64,000 nucleotides of DNA, taken from the NCBI GenBank assembly GCA_012295275.1, contig CM022668.1, positions 16,244,001 through 16,308,000 of the forward strand. The letters are read 5' to 3'. The DNA is from Chrysomallon squamiferum. Lineage: Eukaryota > Animalia > Mollusca. Both the position numbers and the translations under genes were made by a program. The notes beneath the pieces are model-generated. The model had not been told where the DNA came from. It did not search any database and saw only the letters and a program-made list of their open reading frames with translations. This document shows positions 56,620 through 64,000 of this stretch, one piece after another; positions within the stretch are counted from its first letter, which is position 1; every line of letters starts with the position of its first letter.

Positions 56620-57136
56620 AACCGATTTTAGTGGTAGTGGTAATAACTTTAATATTGGTAGTATTAGTAGTAGTTGTAGTAGTAATGAACAAAAATATAC
56701 AGTGAAGAAATATTACTACATCATAATACGTCTTCCTTCTTTCAACAGTAAAATATAAATAATTTATAAATAATTACGTAGAAAACCATCGGATAACCTA
56801 ACAGTATAGAACAACATGAATAATACAGCATAGGAAAACAATATATACATACGCAATTTTAAACTGTTGAAGTACAAAAAATATATAAACAAAAAAACAA
56901 AATAGCATAGCTGTTTATAAGAATACGCATTTGTATTCAGTGTAAAGGTACAGAGAATTATTTAAGAGTTCTACAATACTATTTTTGTGTTGGGTTTTAC
57001 TAGACGTAGATTTGATAAAAATCTGCAAAATAACCTAAAATTTCGTTATAACAATGGCAAGATGTATTATCAAATCTAAAACGTCATCATAGCGGGAATG
57101 ACAACGTGCACTGGTTTGAATTGTCACTCCTCGTTC

Positions 57137-57630
57137 ATAACGCTATTTCGTGCCCTGTAACGCTATTTCATAACGCTATTTCATGCACTGTAACGCTATT
57201 TCATAACGCTATTTCATGCACTATAACGCTATTCATGCACTGTAACGCTATTTCATAACGCTATTTCATGCACTGTAACGCTATTTCATAACGCTATTTC
57301 ATGCACTGTAACGCTATTTCATAACGCTATTTCATGCACTGTAACGCTATTTCATAACGCTATTTCATGCACTGTAACGCTATTTCATAACGCTATTTCA
57401 TGCACTGTAACGCTATTTCATGCACTGTAACGCTATTTCATAACGCTATTTCATGCACTATAACGCTATTCATGCACTGTAACGCTATTTCATAACGCTC
57501 TTTCATGCACTGTAACGCTATTTCATAACGCTATTCATGCACTGTAACGCTATTTCATAACGCTATTTCATGCACTGTAAATGCATTTCATAACGCTATT
57601 CATGCACTTTAAAGCTATTTCATAACGACT
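57137..57630. repeat. Compound taacgctatttca / taacgctatttcatgcactg minisatellite
   Basis: Alternating 13-bp and 20-bp subunits. Confidence 0.92.
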
Positions 57631-58279
57631 TTAGTTAATCAAATAACGCTATTCATGCATTAGCCAACGGGAAAATAAAATCTTTTCATGCAATTAACGC
57701 TAATGAAACGTCAATTCATGCAAGACTGGGACACTGGTTCATTTCATAACGCTGGTTCATGCATTGAAATTCCAGTGTGTTTTAAATAAAGCCGAGGAAA
57801 ATCTACAGCGGCTGATTGACTTTAGTTAATCAAATAACGTGTTTTAATTAGCCAAGGGGAAAAATGATCTTTGGCGGATGCCATATAGAAAATTAGTAAA
57901 ATGAAACGTCAATAATGTTGAATACTGGGGAAACATGGTTCATTTGCATTGCCTGGTTCCAGTGAAATTGGAATAGACCAGTTTCCAGTTTTGTTTTAAA
58001 TAAAGTATTGAGAAAAATCTGAACGGGCTGATTGCAAAAACATTGATTCAGAATGGATTTTTGAAAATACAGCACATTAACACGAAAAATGAGTAGATTA
58101 GATGCCAAAATACAGTGTAGTAAATGAAATATCAGAAATTAGATTGAATACACTGTCAAAACATGTCTAGTAGATTAGATGTTAAAATACAGCAGGTTAG
58201 AAATATGGAATAGGTCTATATTGTGTTTTGTTTGCATAAAGTATTGAGAATAAGGTGAAAGATACCGTGTAAAAACATT

Positions 58280-58480
58280 GTGAAAATACAGTAGATTAGA
58301 TGTGAAAAAACAGCAGATTTGATGTGAAAATACAGCAGATTAGATGTGAAAATACAGTAGATTAGATGTGAAAATACAGCAGATTTGATGTGAAAATACA
58401 GTAGATTAGATGTGAAAATATAGTAGATTAGATGTGAAAATACAGCAGACTAAATGTGAAAAAAAACAGCAGATGAAATG
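58280..58480. repeat. 22-bp minisatellite (gatgtgaaaatacagcagatta)
   Basis: Direct inspection. Confidence 0.9.
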
Positions 58481-59434
58481 TGTGGTTGAGGAATGTGAAA
58501 CAGGCCTGTATTTTACACAAAGTATCGACACATCTAAAGAACACAAAGCTGTCTTAATTAATGGATACGTTTCAAAAAGAAATAATATAATCCTGTTAAT
58601 TAAGTAAATACGTTATAGAACATAAGCAAAATGATAAAACAAGTTACAGTTACAAGTTGAGACGTGGAAGATTCAGTGAATTTAAACTGGTGTCAAGTAA
58701 AATGTAAATTGTTCATATACACGCAGAGGTTTTGTTATAATTCAGTTACAGAATGTGTGTTAAATAAAATTATATATATACATGCACACACACACATATA
58801 CACGTTAGATACACATATACATACATATATACATATAAATACATAGGGACATATACGCAAAATAAGAATACATTGGCACAAATACAAAAATATTCGAAAG
58901 TATAAATGCACCCACGACATTTTTCACTGATTCAATTACATCAGAAGTGATAACATTTTTTTATGATTTTTAATGAACTTTTAAATCAATCTAGAATCAA
59001 TTTACTGTCTCTAAACTTAATGAAAGATGACACTAATTCCGAATACCTTTATCTATCTCATCTTCAGACTAAAAAGAAAAAAAAAGTTCTTAAATTAATA
59101 AATAATAAAAAGGAAATTAAATTAAAAAAAATATATATTGTTTTTATACCACAAAAAGAAATGAAATGTCAAAGAACTGTTTTGTTTGCTTCGTTGTTTC
59201 TGAGTCAGTCGGGTCGACACGATACATCGATTATCGTAGGCGTTTAAACACAGAATCGATTGTTATTTAATTACTTTAAAATACACACGTTTTCTACGTG
59301 TAGGATATACCGAACTGTTATCTAGAGGAATCGCTGTAGTTATTTTCCATGACGTAATTGTAACTGTAACCCGCCGACTTTCTGCGAATGACAGTTTGAA
59401 CATAAGTAAATAAAAAAAATAATAATACAAAATA

Positions 59435-59468
<34 letters not shown>

Positions 59469-59832
59469 TGCCTGTGTGCCTCTGTCTGTCTAGCTTAAGA
59501 CATATACATTCATACCTATCTATACCTATTCATCTATTATATACATATTTGTTGTGTGTTTGTGTTTGTATGTATATATGTATGTATGTATGTCTGTACG
59601 TATGTATGTATTTAAGAATTAAAAAACGCTCAGGAATTTTTTTTTTTTAAAAAAACAACTTCATTTTCTAATTTTATTTCTAGATATGTATATATGGATA
59701 TAGGTATATGCATGTATGTATATACAAATACAATATATATATTTATAAATGAGTGTGTATATATATATATTTGTATGTATGTATCTATGTGTATGTGTTT
59801 ACGTGTGGTATCTATGATTGTGTGTATAGCTG

Positions 59833-59908
<76 letters not shown>

Positions 59909-59913
59909 AGATA

Positions 59914-59944
<31 letters not shown>

Positions 59945-60244
59945 TTGAATGTAGCTGTTTGTGCTCAAAGGTTTGAAGGAGAGTGAGAGAACGAAACACA
60001 CAACTCGTCATCTCACTGAGTGGAAGACGTTCAGGTGACAAGAGATTTCAAGTGACGAGTTGTGTGATGTAGACTCTGTGTAGTCAGACCATTAACGATA
60101 ATTACTTCATCTCGTCCCAGCATTAGCGCCACATTAAAAGTGCAAAGAAACCATACGACTGACTGTTGAGCGGGAGATTAACGACAGACAGCCATTTTGA
60201 CAATCACGAGCTCGGTCAGAAGAGAAAACAGCGTTCAGTGGACA

Positions 60245-60310
60245 TCAGGGTTGAGCAGCTAAAGTTGAGACGCAAGATGTGAAGGATAGGAGGATCGGTT
60301 CCCCGCGATT
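60245..60310 (+). mobile_element. Possible decayed tRNA-SINE fragment
   Basis: aaggataggaggatcggttcccc resembles the variable-loop/T-arm segment of the 16110 element. Confidence 0.2.
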
Positions 60311-60415
60311 ACTTCAACTGACTTTTTCTCTGTTCCAGCAAGATTCCGAGGACTGGTTGATTATGTGATTGTTTTGTTTAGTTTTTTTTAGTTTTTTAAA
60401 GCAAAACTGAGTAGG

Positions 60416-60446
<31 letters not shown>

Positions 60447-60481
60447 GAGATAGAGATAAACAGAGATAGAAAGAAGGAGAC

Positions 60482-60548
<67 letters not shown>

Positions 60549-60656
60549 AGAGAGAAAACAGAGAGAGATAGAGAGACAAACAGAGAGAGATAGAGAGATA
60601 GACAGAGAGAGACAGAAAAAAGAGAGATAAATAGAGATAGAGAGATAGACAGAGAT

Positions 60657-60762
<106 letters not shown>

Positions 60763-61164
60763 CTTTTTATATATTTTAAACAGTTACAGTCTCCTACCTT
60801 CAACATCATTTCATGATTAATATTATCATAATCACCATCATCATCATCATAATTATCTTCATCATAAGAATCGTCATCACCAGAATCATTATTATTGTCA
60901 TGGCTTTGCACAAGAGAATATTTCTCCGTCGTTTTATTTTTTTTATTTTTCCGCTGACATAATGATGGTGTGTTCCCAGCCCACGCTGTTGTCGTCGTAG
61001 TTGCTCGGTTGATACGTTTAATCCCGCGACTTGGAGTGGCGCTTAGCAGAATGTCAAACGAAAAACAGGTTAACGAAAAAACAGAAAAAAGAGTCAGTCA
61101 CTGACAGTTGTTAGAACGACTATGTAACTCAATATCTCTGCGAGAACCTTAAAGTGATATTGAT

Positions 61165-61177
61165 AATAATAATAATG

Positions 61178-61265
<88 letters not shown>

Positions 61266-61710
61266 AGTATTTAAATAATTTAAAAATAAAATTACATTGA
61301 GTAGACACAAACTGTATCTTTTTTTAATAAAGAATACAGTATTTAAATAATTTAAAAAATAAAATTACATTGAGTAGACACAAACTGTATCTTTTTTTAA
61401 TAAAGAATACAGTATTTAAATAATTTAAAAAATAAAATTACATTGAAAACAAACTGTAAATAAAGAATACAGTATTTAAATAATTTTAAAATAAAATAAA
61501 ATTGAGCAGACACAAACTGTATCTTTTTTTAATAAAGAATACAGTATTTAAATAATTTAAAAATAAAATTACATTGAATAGACACAAACTGTATCTTTTT
61601 TTAATAAAGAATACAGTATTTAAATAATTTAAAATAAAATTACATTGAGCAGACACAAACTCTATATTTTTTAATAAAGAATACAGTATTTAAATAATTT
61701 AAAAATAAAA
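61165..61710. repeat. (AAT)n tract followed by a ~71-bp AT-rich minisatellite (about 6 copies)
   Basis: aatacagtatttaaataatttaaaaataaaattacattga... recurs. Confidence 0.92.
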
Positions 61711-62178
61711 TCCCTTGTTGAAAATGCTGCCGGGTGCAGGCGAAATCTGGAAATTCTTGGAAAGTATCTGTGTGCTGCAGATTTGCTAAGATGATAGTAT
61801 TTAAATAATTGTACAGCGGTTTGTATTACAGGATGTTCAGACGACAGCGACGTGGTTTGCTGGTGTAACGTCACATCGCTCCCGGCACATCGACGGCTAT
61901 GACAACGACTTGAATCTCGTATGACTGGGTCTCAGTAGCAAATCATAAATTTTTTCCATTAAATTCTGTTTAGTTTACTGAGAAAGATTTTTTTTATTTT
62001 TTTTTTTTTTTCAAGAAATGTGAGTTGTAATGTCTCATACATAGAGTAAAAAAAAAAAAAAATAAAAAAAGAATGTTTATAAAAACTACAAATTTAAATA
62101 TTAAAATATTTTAAATGTTAAATATATTCCTTAGAAAGATTTAAACGCTGAAATGTATATTTGAAAATAATATATGTA

Positions 62179-62211
<33 letters not shown>

Positions 62212-63103
62212 TGTTAGAATGATTCGCCAATTTAATATAATTTCTAATATGTTAGAATAGTTTGTCTTATATATATATATATATATACAACGGTATGTTT
62301 TTTGTTAAAATATGCAGTAAAATCGTACATTTGTATAAAATATATTTAAAAGTGTTTTATGTGTTTTATTTATTAGAATTGTGTATTTGTGTATTAAACA
62401 GTATTAGATGGTCGTGTTCATAGAACGTGTTATAATTCTGGTCGTTTTTGTGGAACCTGTTTTTGATGTTGGTCGCATTCAAGTTACGTAATTCAATATT
62501 GGTCGTTTACAAGTAACCTAATTCAGTTTTCATCTTATTCAAGTAATGTAATTCAATGTTGGTCATATTCGAGTATATGAATTTAATGTTAGTCGTATTC
62601 AGTAACTTATTTTAAATTCAGTCATACTTAATTAAGATATTTTAATTTTTGGCTCTGCTGAAATAACGTATTTAAACACGTATTGTTCTGCATATGACGG
62701 TAGTATTGAAAATGTTGTAAACAAATATCTCTCTTTTACGTCCAATACCTGTATTACTGCTGTACTTCAACAAAACGTGTCCAGATTACTCTAACTGAAA
62801 TTCAATTAAATGTTCTCTTCACTGATGAAATCTGAGAGAGATAATTCTGCTGCTGGAAATGACAATGAAACGAAAGGACCCAGTTCTGTGGTTAGAGCAC
62901 TCATCACAGTAATGTAGACCACAAAATTAACCGTCTTAGTAATAACTCGAACATTTTACAATAAGTGATTAATCAAAGGTAATAACACGTATATTGGTAG
63001 TTTCATGAACAGACTGCTTATAGCCACGTGATAACGTACAGGCCATCTTCTGGTTTCCTCTCTGATTAGCTGCCTTCTAATTATCTATGCGTTACCACAA
63101 ATA

Positions 63104-63888
63104 CTCATACAGAAACACAAACATACAAACATGCATACAGAAACACAAACATACAAACATGCATACAGAAACACAAACATACAAACATTCATACAGAAAC
63201 ACAAACATACAAACATGCATACAGAAACACAAACATACAAACATGCATACAGAAACACAAACATACAAACATTCATACAGAAACACAAACATACAAACAT
63301 TCATACAGAAACACAAACATACAAACATGCATACAGAAACACAAACATACAAACATTCATACAGAAACACAAACATACAAACATGCATACAGAAACACAA
63401 AGATACAAACATTCATACAGAAACACAAACATACAAACATGCATACAGAAACACAAACATACAAACATGCATACAGAAACACAAACACACAAACATTCAT
63501 ACAGAAACACAAACATACAAACATGCATACAGAAACACAAACATACAAACATTCATACAGAAACACAAACATACAAACATTCATACAGAAACACAAACAT
63601 ACAAACATGCATACAGAAACACAAACATACAAACATTCATACAGAAACACAAACATACAAACATGCATACAGAAACACAAATATACAAACATTCATACAG
63701 AAACACAAACATACAAACATGCATACAGAAACACAAACATACAAACATGCATACAGAAACACAAACATACAAACATTCATACAGAAACACAAACATACAA
63801 ACATGCATACAGAAACACAAACATACAAACATGCATACAGAAACACAAACATACAAACATTCATACAGAAACACAAATATACATTCAT
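63104..63888. repeat. 28-bp minisatellite (catacagaaacacaaacatacaaacatg/t), about 28 copies
   Basis: Direct inspection. Gives the HTETQTYKH ORFs. Confidence 0.97.
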
Positions 63889-64000
63889 AAAAGAGAGGAA
63901 GATAGTAAAATACAAAAAAGAATGTTCATTAAATAAAACTTTTCTTTCTTCCCTTCTTGTGGAATTATCAGATTAACTGGGATTAAACAGAACATTTATT

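Overview
AT-rich, microsatellite-dense animal genomic DNA. It is probably molluscan or other lophotrochozoan, which I infer from the innexin type and the repeat landscape. Two protein-coding genes are supported. (1) On the minus strand at 193-7297 are the first nine coding exons of GMPPA (mannose-1-phosphate guanylyltransferase alpha). Its 3' end lies beyond the left edge of the window. It also has a candidate 18-nt in-frame microexon at 3185-3202, followed by two TGCATG (Rbfox) motifs. (2) On the plus strand is an innexin (gap-junction) gene whose channel body is a single GC-rich exon at 41131-42334. That exon has no start codon of its own and begins in phase 2 after a strong acceptor. Spread over the ~27 kb upstream (13.9-37.9 kb) are up to seven short ATG-bearing segments. 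Each ends in phase 2 at a GTAAGT or GTGAGT donor and would splice in frame onto the common exon. This suggests a variable-first-exon / constant-exon array that diversifies the pore-lining N-terminus, and it is the most interesting signal in the window. The rest is intronic or intergenic sequence with many minisatellites, microsatellites and faint tRNA-SINE-like remnants. Almost all ORFs in the supplied track are repeat artefacts.
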